Below, piece after piece: positions 8,442-17,114 of a DNA stretch of 29,893 bases; within the stretch, counting starts at the first letter, position 1; every line of letters starts with the position of its first letter. The stretch covers positions 1-29,893 of the forward strand of contig JACRKZ010000089.1 in the NCBI GenBank assembly GCA_016235455.1, read 5' to 3'. Under the pieces are notes generated by a model. The model was not told the origin of the DNA and did not search any database. It saw nothing but the letters and a program-made list of their open reading frames with translations. This stretch comes from Armatimonadota bacterium. GTDB lineage: Bacteria; Armatimonadota; UBA10988. The translations under genes were made by a program, and so were the position numbers.

Positions 8442-8700
8442 ATGATGGGCAGACGGGCGTCGTGGTGGTTCGTGGTCGTGGTTCGGATGGCCGGAATGGC
8501 CAGGTCAGCAGACCTGGCAGAGCTGTGACGTGAACGGCACGGTCGGTGGCCAGAAGGTCACGGGCCTGGCCACCGCCGAGCTGGCGCGCGACATCATGCG
8601 GGCGTACACGTCAATCATCCGTCCCGACCCGGCGGCCGTGCCGCCACTGATGCCCCAGCCCCGTTGGCGCCCGCTCCGCACGATTTCGCCTGGCGGGCTG
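8442..8700 (+). pseudogene. Possible degraded remnant of a secreted-protein gene, or a 28-aa small ORF
   Basis: GGGAG RBS then MMGRRASWWFVVVVRMAGMARSADLAEL* (8442-8528); protein-like GC3-rich codons continue in another frame from 8530 (VNGTVGGQKVTGLATAELARDIMRAY). Right boundary is approximate. Confidence 0.3.
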
Positions 8701-8761
8701 CACGAGGAACCGCGGGGCGCCGCCATCCGTCCCAACCCACAGGTTGTGCGGAGACAGTGCC

Positions 8762-11700
8762 TTGACTTACCCCTTGGGGAGCTGGGTCGGGCGCCTTGCC
8801 CTGGTGACCGGGCTGCTCATCACGGCGCCATGGGTCTACGCGGCGGACGGGCCGGGCCGCATCGCCGTGGCCGGGCTCTACCCCATCGGCTATGCCGGCT
8901 GCCTGGCGCGCTGCGGCCTGCCGCGCGACCTGCTCTACGACGCGCAGTTGGCCGACGCCGATGTGCTGCGTGGCTACGACCTGCTGATCATCGCCGGCGC
9001 GCCGGCCAAGGCGGAGCTCAACGAGGCCATCCGCCGCCATGCGCAGGGCGGCGGCACGGTGATCGTCGACTTCTCGGCCACGGCACTACCCATCCCCGAC
9101 CTGCCCGACGGCCGCCGGCTGGTCGGCTGGGCTGATGTCAGCGCGGCGCGACCGGCGGGCTTCGGCGTGTCGGGGCTGGCGCTCAGTCGGCCCGAATGGG
9201 TCGGTGAAGGGGCGACGCTGGCGCCCGATGATGGCGGGGCCGGCTGGGTCAGCGAGTCGTGCGCCGGCTTCGTGGTCGATGCCACTGGGCTGACCGACCC
9301 GGTGGTGCTGGCGCGCTTTCCACATTCGCTGGTGCGGGCCAAGGATGGCAAGGGTTACGACCCCGATGGTGGCCCGGCCGGGCCGGCTGTCGTCAGCGGC
9401 CGGCTGGGCCAGGGCCGGGTCATCCTGTGCGGCCTGCAGGCGGGCATGGGCTCGTCGTACGCCGGGATCGACTTCCAGGCGCTGATGCTCGGGCTGATCA
9501 AGCTGGCCACCGGCGGCCGCGCCCAGGGCCAACTGCTGCCGGCGACGCCGCACGTCGGCTACAACCAGACCCTCGGCGCCGCCAGCCGTGGCGCGGCCGA
9601 CGAGGCCGACGACCCGCAGCCGGACGCCAGTGTCGCGGCTGAGGCGCCGGCCGGTCCCGGCACGCGCACGGCGCCGCCCGCGGGCTTCGCCAGGCTGGCC
9701 GAGGACCCGGCCGACGAGTACGACCTGCGCGGCGCGCTGCCGCCGGGCGAGGCCGAGGTGCTGCTGGCCTACTGGAACGCGGGCAACTGCCTGCGCCTGA
9801 CGGCCCGGCCCACCGGCCTGACCGTGACGCGTGTGAGTTCTGGCCGGTCGACGGTGCTCGACAGCGCCCAGGCGAGCTTGGCCGCTGGCACACGGCTGGT
9901 GGTCAAGCGCCGGCTGGATGCCTTGTTGGTCAGCGCGGGCGAGGCCTGGCTACGGGTCAACCTGGCCGGGCTGCATCGCGGCGCTCTGGCCTGCCGCGGC
10001 CTGGTCGGCGAGGCCGCCTATCAGCCCACGGAGTCGGCCTACTTCACCGACGACTTCATGCGCACGGACGCCGACGCCGGACCGTGGGAGACGTTCGGCG
10101 GACGCTGGACAACGGTGCCGGTGGGCAAGGCGGACATGGGCGCCAACCCGTTCTCCTACAAGTGCGAGGTGCCCGACGGTCCGTCGGCGGCGTTGGCCGG
10201 CTCGGACCAGTGGGACGAGTACCAACTCTCCTGCGCCGTGCGGCCCGGCGCGGGTGGCCCCGCGGCCGCGGTGGGCATCGGCTGGTATGCGGCCAATGAG
10301 CGCAGCATGTACATGCTGCGCGCGGCTGTGCGCGTCGACGGCAAGCCGCGCGCCGACGGCTTCCAGCTGCTGCGGCTGGGTGACGGCAGAGTGGTGGTGC
10401 TGGCCGAGTGCGCCGGCGGACTGGCGTCGGGCCAGTGGTGCCGCCTGCGGGTCAAGGCCAGTGGGCCGTGGATCGGCGCCGAGGTCGACGGTCAGCGGCT
10501 GATGACGGTGCGTGATGCCACCTACTCACACGGTCGCGTGTCGTTGCTGGTCGACCACACCAGCGCCCGCTTCGACGATGTGCTGGTGCAGTCGTCGCTG
10601 CTGCCCGATATGCTGGGCACGCGACTCGACGGCCATGCGCCAGGTTCGGCCGGGCTGATCGACGTTGACTCCTGGGCCGGGCCGGCCATGGCTTGGGAGC
10701 CCGACCCGGCCGTCTCCGGGTTGTTCTGGCGGCGGCACACGCTGTACGGCGACACCGACCTCGACTTCGCCTGGCCCAGCCTGCCCGAGGGCGCCGAGGT
10801 CAGCCTGGCCGCCAACGCGGACGGCCGCGTCCTCGACAGCGGGGCGCTGCTCACGCTGCGGCGAGCCGGTGCGGCGGGTCAGCTTGCCTTGACGGTGGAG
10901 GGCCGGCCGGTGCGGAACGCCACGGTGGCGCTCGACGGCGCCGTGCGGCTCAGCCTGAGGCGGCGCCTTGAGGGAGCCAACGCGCGGCTCGAGGCGGTGC
11001 TCGGCGGCCGGACGGTGGCCTCGGCCACGCTGCCAGCCGGGCGCGGCGGTGGCCGGCTGGCCTTCCGAGTGCGGGGTTTCCGGCCGCGCATCTCGGCCTT
11101 CTCACTGTGGTCCGCCAACCTGATCGACCAGGCCTTCGACAGCGCGCCGTGCGACTGGTGGGTGGGCAGCGGCCAGTGGGACCTGACCAATCGCTGGAGT
11201 TGCGTGCCGGAGTGGTCGTGGTTTGGCGGATACGGCGAGGGCGAATCCGCCGTTTGGTACAAACGCCCACTCGTCGGCGACCAGGAGGTGCACTTCTACG
11301 CCGGCTCCAAGATGCTCGACGACAAGACGCCGGGCTACCGCGGGCCGTCCGTGGAGCGCACCGGCGACTTCAACGTCACGCTCTGCGGCGACGGTCGGTC
11401 GGCCGACAGCGGCTATGCCTTCGTTCTCGGCCCAGCCGCCCGCGGGGAGCATCGCGACCGACACGGCCGCATCAGCGGTTTCGGCGCGCAACTCCGCCGC
11501 CGCGGTCAGGCGGTGGCCCGCAACGACAGCTTCAGCTTCTTCGCCTGCGCCCACAACCGCTGGTCGGACATCCGCGCTGAGAAGCACGGCGCCGAGGTGC
11601 GGCTGCTGGTCGATGGCCAGGTGGTGCTCCGTTGGGTCGACCCCGAGCCGCTGGCCGCGGGCTACGCCGCACTGTGGACCTACGACAACGGCATGCTCAT

Positions 11701-13018
11701 CCCGCGCGTCTCGCTCTCGGCGCAGGGCTATGGCGCCGAACTGCTGTCGCTGCGCCGAAGTCCCGGATCAGTTGGCGTCCCGGACCACCAGCGCGCCGGT
11801 TCGGTCGTCATAGCGCCGGCCGCCGGCGGTGAAGTCGCGCCGCCCGCCGAAGACGTTGCCGGTCGCGTAGCTGGGCAGCTTCGACTCGTTGCGCACGGCC
11901 GTGCCCTGCATGTTGAACTGGTTGCCCTGCACCATGATCAGGCCGGACTCCGGCCCGATACGCAAGCTCACGCGCTTGGGGTTCGATGGCTCGGTGAAGA
12001 TGTTGCCAGCGATCATCACGTCCGACGCGTAGCGCAGGTCGACATCGACCGGCTCGAAGTCGCGCACCTGCCGCTCGGCCGACAGGATGCCGCCGCCGCG
12101 GTCGGTGCAGTAGAACAGGCAGTCGCGCACGAACGCCTGGCGCACGCCCTGCAGCACGAGGCCGGTGTCGCGGTAGGCGATGTGGCATCCGGTCAGGTGG
12201 AAGGCGGGCTCCTCCCAGTTGGCGCTCTCGCGTTTGAGGTCGACGGTCACCCCGCGCTGGCAGCCGACGAAGTAGCTGTCGCGCGCGATGCCGTCCTCGG
12301 GCGCCGTGCGGACGCCGCGGTAGACGAGCCCGTCGCCCGCGTCCCACACATAGCAGTCGGCCAGCAGCGGCGAGTAGCAGTCTTCCAGCAAGATGGCCTC
12401 GGCCAGTGTGTTGACCGCAGGCCGCTGGCCATAGCGGCCGGTGACCTTCACGTTCTCCAGCCGCGGATACCAGGCGTTGCGCACCACCACGCCGCGCTGG
12501 AAGCTGCCCTGGTCGAAGCGCTGCCCGCGGATCAGCAGGTCCTTGGCGTTGAACTGCCGCGAGTGCTGGTCGCCGGGGTTGGCCGTGTCGAAGGACAGTG
12601 CCGTGCCTGCCGGCTCGGTGACCGCCAACAGCGACAGGCCCGAGACCGTGACCGTGAGGCGGGAGATGGCCGTGCCCACGAAGCTCAGCCCGCCTTGCGC
12701 GTTGGCTACCAGCAGTTCGGTGGCGTCTTCGCCGGCGCCCTCGACGTGCAGGCCGTAGCTGTCGGCGTTGCCCTGCGCAGTGAGCATGACCAGCGACTCC
12801 AGGCGGTAGCGCCCGGCCGGGATGACCACATGCACCTGCCGCTCACCACCCACGGCCGCCCACAGGGCGGCAAAGGCCGGCGCGGCGTCCTTGGCGCCGG
12901 TCGGGTCGGCGCCGAAGTCGGCCAGCGACACGGTCCCGGCGCCAGCCGGGCCGAGCAGTGCCAGGAGCAGCAACAGGGGCCAGAGACGCACGGGATTCTC
13001 CGCGCTGAACTGCTTTAG
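8762..13018 (+). CDS. Large secreted multidomain protein (GATase-like alpha/beta N-terminal domain plus several DUF1080/ConA-like beta-sandwiches). Protein-like sequence ends near 11758 but the frame stays open to 13018
   Basis: GGAG RBS then TTG 8762; signal peptide ...ITAPWVYA; LRGYDLLIIAG...GGGTVIVD and RLGQGRVILCG; FTDDFMR, WDEYQLSCAV, GQWCRLRV..G..IGAEVDG...RDATYSHGRVSL...ARFDDVLV; second unit RWSDIRAEKHGAEVRLLVDGQVVLRWVDPEPL. Confidence 0.7.
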   Translation: MTYPLGSWVGRLALVTGLLITAPWVYAADGPGRIAVAGLYPIGYAGCLARCGLPRDLLYDAQLADADVLRGYDLLIIAGAPAKAELNEAIRRHAQGGGTVIVDFSATALPIPDLPDGRRLVGWADVSAARPAGFGVSGLALSRPEWVGEGATLAPDDGGAGWVSESCAGFVVDATGLTDPVVLARFPHSLVRAKDGKGYDPDGGPAGPAVVSGRLGQGRVILCGLQAGMGSSYAGIDFQALMLGLIKLATGGRAQGQLLPATPHVGYNQTLGAASRGAADEADDPQPDASVAAEAPAGPGTRTAPPAGFARLAEDPADEYDLRGALPPGEAEVLLAYWNAGNCLRLTARPTGLTVTRVSSGRSTVLDSAQASLAAGTRLVVKRRLDALLVSAGEAWLRVNLAGLHRGALACRGLVGEAAYQPTESAYFTDDFMRTDADAGPWETFGGRWTTVPVGKADMGANPFSYKCEVPDGPSAALAGSDQWDEYQLSCAVRPGAGGPAAAVGIGWYAANERSMYMLRAAVRVDGKPRADGFQLLRLGDGRVVVLAECAGGLASGQWCRLRVKASGPWIGAEVDGQRLMTVRDATYSHGRVSLLVDHTSARFDDVLVQSSLLPDMLGTRLDGHAPGSAGLIDVDSWAGPAMAWEPDPAVSGLFWRRHTLYGDTDLDFAWPSLPEGAEVSLAANADGRVLDSGALLTLRRAGAAGQLALTVEGRPVRNATVALDGAVRLSLRRRLEGANARLEAVLGGRTVASATLPAGRGGGRLAFRVRGFRPRISAFSLWSANLIDQAFDSAPCDWWVGSGQWDLTNRWSCVPEWSWFGGYGEGESAVWYKRPLVGDQEVHFYAGSKMLDDKTPGYRGPSVERTGDFNVTLCGDGRSADSGYAFVLGPAARGEHRDRHGRISGFGAQLRRRGQAVARNDSFSFFACAHNRWSDIRAEKHGAEVRLLVDGQVVLRWVDPEPLAAGYAALWTYDNGMLIPRVSLSAQGYGAELLSLRRSPGSVGVPDHQRAGSVVIAPAAGGEVAPPAEDVAGRVAGQLRLVAHGRALHVELVALHHDQAGLRPDTQAHALGVRWLGEDVASDHHVRRVAQVDIDRLEVAHLPLGRQDAAAAVGAVEQAVAHERLAHALQHEAGVAVGDVASGQVEGGLLPVGALAFEVDGHPALAADEVAVARDAVLGRRADAAVDEPVARVPHIAVGQQRRVAVFQQDGLGQCVDRRPLAIAAGDLHVLQPRIPGVAHHHAALEAALVEALPADQQVLGVELPRVLVAGVGRVEGQCRACRLGDRQQRQARDRDREAGDGRAHEAQPALRVGYQQFGGVFAGALDVQAVAVGVALRSEHDQRLQAVAPGRDDHMHLPLTTHGRPQGGKGRRGVLGAGRVGAEVGQRHGPGASRAEQCQEQQQGPETHGILRAELL
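11768..12991 (-). CDS. Secreted right-handed beta-helix protein (pectate lyase superfamily / GH28-related)
   Basis: GGAG RBS then GTG 12991; signal peptide MRLWPLLLLLALLGPAGA; VSLADFGADPTGAKDAAPAF...VVIPAGRYRL...VEGAGEDATEL; repeated ADCYV / RDSYF / RDCLF / AGNIF / QGNQF / TGNVF rungs. Confidence 0.8.
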   Translation of the reverse strand: MRLWPLLLLLALLGPAGAGTVSLADFGADPTGAKDAAPAFAALWAAVGGERQVHVVIPAGRYRLESLVMLTAQGNADSYGLHVEGAGEDATELLVANAQGGLSFVGTAISRLTVTVSGLSLLAVTEPAGTALSFDTANPGDQHSRQFNAKDLLIRGQRFDQGSFQRGVVVRNAWYPRLENVKVTGRYGQRPAVNTLAEAILLEDCYSPLLADCYVWDAGDGLVYRGVRTAPEDGIARDSYFVGCQRGVTVDLKRESANWEEPAFHLTGCHIAYRDTGLVLQGVRQAFVRDCLFYCTDRGGGILSAERQVRDFEPVDVDLRYASDVMIAGNIFTEPSNPKRVSLRIGPESGLIMVQGNQFNMQGTAVRNESKLPSYATGNVFGGRRDFTAGGRRYDDRTGALVVRDAN

Positions 13019-13755
13019 AAGGCGCTGAAGCCCTTGACCTGCTCGGTGCCCCAGATGCTGACCGTCTCGATGACGCAGTTGTCGGGCACGTCGATGGTAT
13101 GCACCAGAGTGCGCGCGAACTCCTCTGCGCCGGGGTAGCCGGCCTGCCAGGAATCGTCGAGCCCGGCCGCGTCGCAGAAGCCGGTGCGCGCCGCGCCGGG
13201 AATGAACGTGGTGGCCTTGCCGCCCCATTCAGCCATTTCCAGGTGCAGGCACTTGGTGAAGCCGACCAGACCGGCCTTGGCTGCAGTGTAGCTGGCCCAG
13301 CCGGCCCAGGCATGCCGCGCGCAGGCGCTGGAGACGTTGATGATATGCCCCCGGCCGGCGGGCTTCATCACGCCGATCGCCTCGCGGCAACCGCGGATGA
13401 CCGAGGCGATGTTGATGTCCAGCACGGTGGCGATCTCGTCGTCGCTCATGGCCTCGACGGGGGCGATTTTGACGCCCGCGCCGTGGTTGTTGACCAGCAC
13501 ATCGAGCCCGCCGAAGCGCTCGACCACGGCGGCGATGACGCGCTGCCAGTCAGCGGTGACGCAGGCGTCGGCCTGCACGCACAAGAGGTTTTCGGTCGCG
13601 CCGAGCTCCGCGCGGGCCGTGGCCAGCCGCTCGGCCTGGCGGCCAGTGATGGTCACCCGAGCGCCCATCGCCAGGAGCAGTCGAGCGGATTCGAGCCCGA
13701 ACCCGCTCGACCCGCCGGTGATGATGATGCTCTTGCCCTCGACGTAGTGTTCCAT
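13015..13755 (-). CDS. Short-chain dehydrogenase/reductase (SDR)
   Basis: IIITGGSSGFG, GGLDVLVNN, IINVSS, YTAAK catalytic motif; GGAG RBS. Confidence 0.92.
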   Translation of the reverse strand: MEHYVEGKSIIITGGSSGFGLESARLLLAMGARVTITGRQAERLATARAELGATENLLCVQADACVTADWQRVIAAVVERFGGLDVLVNNHGAGVKIAPVEAMSDDEIATVLDINIASVIRGCREAIGVMKPAGRGHIINVSSACARHAWAGWASYTAAKAGLVGFTKCLHLEMAEWGGKATTFIPGAARTGFCDAAGLDDSWQAGYPGAEEFARTLVHTIDVPDNCVIETVSIWGTEQVKGFSAF

Positions 13756-13775
13756 GCCTGACTCCGGTCTCCAGC

Positions 13776-13826
13776 ATTGTAACGGACCGGGGCCGGCGGG
13801 ACGAGTCTCGGGGCCGGCTGGACAAG
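13776..13826 (-). promoter_or_regulatory. Putative promoter of the SDR and beta-helix genes, with a ~20-nt-period imperfect direct repeat
   Basis: Minus strand TACAAT at 13781-13776; upstream are two copies (plus strand) cggggccggcgggacgag / cggggccggctggacaag. Confidence 0.4.
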
Positions 13827-13877
13827 AACCAGCCCGCTAGCGCGTCAGCGCGGCTGCGGCTGGTGGGCATGCCGCGG

Positions 13878-16511
13878 TCAGCGCCGGCCGAGGATGGTGC
13901 GCACGCGGTCGGCCAGGGCGTCGAGCGAGAATGGCTTGCGCAGGAAATCGTCGTCGCCGACACCGCGATGGCTGAGCAGTTCGGCGTCGTGACCGGAGAT
14001 GTACAGGCAGCGCAGTTCCGGTCTGGTGCGGGCCAGCATGGCGCGTAGCTGGACGCCGTCCATGCCGGGCATGACGACGTCGGTGACCAGCAGGTGGATA
14101 GGGCCATCGTGCCCGTCGGCGGCGACCAATGCCTCGCTCGGGCTGAGCGCGGCGAGCACGCGGTAGCCCTCGTGTTCGAGGATGCGGCGGGCCAGGCTGA
14201 GGATCTGCTGCTCGTCCTCCACCAGCAGGACGGTGTGGTGGCCGACGGCGTCGGGCCGGCGCCGAACGTCGGGGGCGGGTTCGGTGTCGGCCGCTCGGTT
14301 GGCGCAGGGCAGGTACAGGCGCAGCGAGCTGCCGCGGCCAAGGTCGCTCTCCACCTCGATGCCGCCGCCGTTCTGCTTGACGATGCCGAACACGGTAGCC
14401 AGCCCGAGGCCGGTGCCGCGACCCACGTCCTTGGTGGTGTAGAACGGCTCGAACAGGTGCTGGCGCGTCGTCTCGCTCATGCCGGAGCCGGTGTCGGTGA
14501 CCGCCAGCATGACGTAGTCGCCGGCGGGCAGGTCGGCCTGCTCGCCGGTCAGTTGCACGTTGCGCGTGGCCAGCTCGATGCGGCCGTCGCCGTCGATGGC
14601 GTCGCGGGCGTTCACACACAGGTTGATCAGCACCTGGCTGACCTGATTGGGGTCCAGCTCCACCGGCCGAATGTCGGCGTCGGGCCGCCAGACCAGCTCG
14701 ATGTTCTCGCCGATGAGGCGGGCCAGCATGTTGAGCGTACTGGCCACGGTGTCGTTGAGATCGATGACCTTCGGCACGATCATCTGGCGGCGGGCGAAGG
14801 CCAGCAACTGCCGCGTCAGCTCGGCCGAGCGCTCGGCCGACAGGCGGATCTCCTGCAAGTACCCGGCCACCGGGCCATCGGGCATGACGGCGTCGGCAGC
14901 CAAGGCCGCATTGCCCAGGATGACCTGGAGCATGTTGTTGAAGTCGTGGGCCACGCCGCCGGCCAGCCGGCCCACGGACTCCAGCTTCTGCGCCTGCGCC
15001 AACTGCTCGCGCAGCCGTTCGCGCTCGGCATCGGCCCGGACGCGCTCGGTCACGTTGCGGAAGTAGCCGATCAGGCCGTCCACCTCGCCGTCCTGGTTGC
15101 GCTTGGGCACGTAGGTGCCGGCGAAGTACTCCACGTCGCCCGCGGCGTTGGCGAGCGGGGTTTCCAGGTGGTACGGCTGGCCCGACGCCAGCAACTCGCG
15201 CTTGACAGCGGTGAGTCGGGCGGCGTCATCGGGTGTCAGGAAATCACTATCCAGCTGGCCGAGGATCGCCTCCGCGGGGAGACCGAGTGGCGGGTTGACG
15301 ATGAAGGTGTAGCGCAGGTCCTGGTCCTGGACGAAGATGTGGTCCGGCGTGTGCGTGGCGATGACGCGTAGCCGCTCCTCGCTGCTGTGCAGCGCGGCCT
15401 CGGCGCGGATGCGGTCGGTGATGTCCACTGACACGCCGCCGAGCAACACCGGGCCATCGGCGACGGTGATGGGGAACTTCACCGTCCGGAAGGTGCGTTC
15501 GACGCCGAGGGTGTCGACCATCGACTCCTCGACCTCCAGCGGGCCGGAGCGCAACGCCAGCAGGTCGTCGGCCGCCATGCGCTCGCCGACATCGCCGGCG
15601 ATCAGCTCCGTGGTCAGCCGGTCACGCCACTGGTGCATGCCCAGCAGGTCTTCGAGGTAGTGGTTCACGAACACCGTTCGGCCATCGGCGGTTTTGATGA
15701 AGGCGGCCGCGGGCAGGTTGGCCATGAACGCCTCGAACCGCGCCACGCTGGCCCGCAGGGCCTCGTCCGGGGCACGCCGCGCCGCAACATCGCAGACGCA
15801 GGCCAGGATGCGTTGTCGCCCCTCGATCTCGACCACCCGGGCACGTATCTCGACGGCGAACTCCGAGCCGTCGGCCCGGCGATGCGTCGACTCGAACGTC
15901 GCCTCTGGTTGCTCCCGGAGCCGAGCGAACCCGGTGCGGTAGGCATCCAGTTCCAGCGTGGGATCGATGTCCGCGACAGACATGGTCAGCAACTGCTCGC
16001 GCGAGTAGCCCAGCATGGTGCACGTGGCCTGGTTGACCGCAAGCAGCCGCCCGTCCTCGTCGATCAGCTCAAACCCATCGGCAATCTGCTCGACCAGGGT
16101 GTGGAACAGTCTCTCGTCAGCGCACGTTTGGTACCGGGGCTCGCAGACGAGCAGGGCGGCAGCAGGTCTGGCGCCATCGGCCGTCAGGCGATGCAGCGTG
16201 ACGGCCGCCGCCTCGAACGCGCCATGGCGAAGCTGCAGCCGCAGCAACGTCTGCGCCGCTTCGCCGGCCAGCAGCGCGCGTACGACGGCCGCGTCGTCCG
16301 GATGAACGGCTTGTTCGAGCGTGCGCTCCGGCGACGATGGGCTCAGGTCGCCCAGCCAGTCGGCACAACGTGGGTTGGCGCGCTGGAAGCGGCCGCTGGG
16401 CAGTTCGACGCGCGCCACGCGGAGCGTGGTCTGGGAGAAGAGCGCGCACTCGAACGCGGAGTCCGGGCTGACCGAGCCGCCTGCCAGACTCGCCTCTGAG
16501 TTTGTGGTCAT
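13878..16511 (-). CDS. Cytoplasmic multi-PAS hybrid sensor histidine kinase with C-terminal receiver (CckA/NtrB-like)
   Basis: About 4 PAS-like units (VHPDD, HRRADGS, RTVKFPI, PKRNQDGEVDG); H-box GGVAHDFNNML; N-box NLCVNARDA; DTGSGM, FEPFYTTK, GTGLGL; receiver LLVEDE, TDVVMPGMDG, KPF. GGAGG RBS before ATG 16511. Confidence 0.93.
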   Translation of the reverse strand: MTTNSEASLAGGSVSPDSAFECALFSQTTLRVARVELPSGRFQRANPRCADWLGDLSPSSPERTLEQAVHPDDAAVVRALLAGEAAQTLLRLQLRHGAFEAAAVTLHRLTADGARPAAALLVCEPRYQTCADERLFHTLVEQIADGFELIDEDGRLLAVNQATCTMLGYSREQLLTMSVADIDPTLELDAYRTGFARLREQPEATFESTHRRADGSEFAVEIRARVVEIEGRQRILACVCDVAARRAPDEALRASVARFEAFMANLPAAAFIKTADGRTVFVNHYLEDLLGMHQWRDRLTTELIAGDVGERMAADDLLALRSGPLEVEESMVDTLGVERTFRTVKFPITVADGPVLLGGVSVDITDRIRAEAALHSSEERLRVIATHTPDHIFVQDQDLRYTFIVNPPLGLPAEAILGQLDSDFLTPDDAARLTAVKRELLASGQPYHLETPLANAAGDVEYFAGTYVPKRNQDGEVDGLIGYFRNVTERVRADAERERLREQLAQAQKLESVGRLAGGVAHDFNNMLQVILGNAALAADAVMPDGPVAGYLQEIRLSAERSAELTRQLLAFARRQMIVPKVIDLNDTVASTLNMLARLIGENIELVWRPDADIRPVELDPNQVSQVLINLCVNARDAIDGDGRIELATRNVQLTGEQADLPAGDYVMLAVTDTGSGMSETTRQHLFEPFYTTKDVGRGTGLGLATVFGIVKQNGGGIEVESDLGRGSSLRLYLPCANRAADTEPAPDVRRRPDAVGHHTVLLVEDEQQILSLARRILEHEGYRVLAALSPSEALVAADGHDGPIHLLVTDVVMPGMDGVQLRAMLARTRPELRCLYISGHDAELLSHRGVGDDDFLRKPFSLDALADRVRTILGRR

Positions 16512-16677
16512 CGCCCTCCACCTTCCCCTGTGCATCCCCAGCTTGGCACGGACCGGGCGTCAAGGCAAGTCCGCAGCGCCCGCAAGCCGCCCGGCAGGAA
16601 TCACTTCGCGGCTGACCAAACCGCCGGACGTCGGAACTCAGCGGCGCCGCCGGGCGCTAGGGGTGGAGGAGGCGACT

Positions 16678-17112
16678 ATGCAGCCATTCGCGGTCTGGTT
16701 CTCCGCGGCGCTCGTGCTGGGCATCGCCGAGCTGCTCACCGGCACCTTCGTGCTGCTGGTGATGGCCATTGCCGCCGTGGGTGGTGGCGTGGCCGCGCGG
16801 CTGGGTGTGGGCATGCCGGGCCAGCTGGTGGTGGCCGCGGTGATCGGCGTGGTGGGCTGTGCCGTGGTGGCCCGGCTCCATGACCGGCGGCCTCGTCTGC
16901 CGGCCGACGAGAACCCGGACGTCAACTCCGACATCGGCAACGCGGTCCAGGTGGACTCGTGGGCCGGCCGCTGCGCCCGCGTGAGCTACCGCGGCAGCCA
17001 GTGGGATGTGGAGTACCTTGGCGATGAGCCGCCGGGGCCAGGCAAGTACATCATTCGGCGCGTGGCCGGCAGCAAGCTGCTGGTCGGGCCAGACGACGTG
17101 CAGGGAGGTTGA
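16678..17112 (+). CDS. NfeD-family (short, YbbJ-like) membrane protein
   Basis: GGAGGAGG RBS; WFSAALVLGIAELLTGTFVLL TM region and C-terminal OB-fold RVSYRGSQWDV; directly upstream of an SPFH gene. Confidence 0.9.
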   Translation: MQPFAVWFSAALVLGIAELLTGTFVLLVMAIAAVGGGVAARLGVGMPGQLVVAAVIGVVGCAVVARLHDRRPRLPADENPDVNSDIGNAVQVDSWAGRCARVSYRGSQWDVEYLGDEPPGPGKYIIRRVAGSKLLVGPDDVQGG

Positions 17113-17114
17113 CC

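Noticed and set aside
14094-16499. Plus-strand ORFs 14094-15371 and 15633-16499
   Set aside because: Antisense shadows of the histidine kinase.
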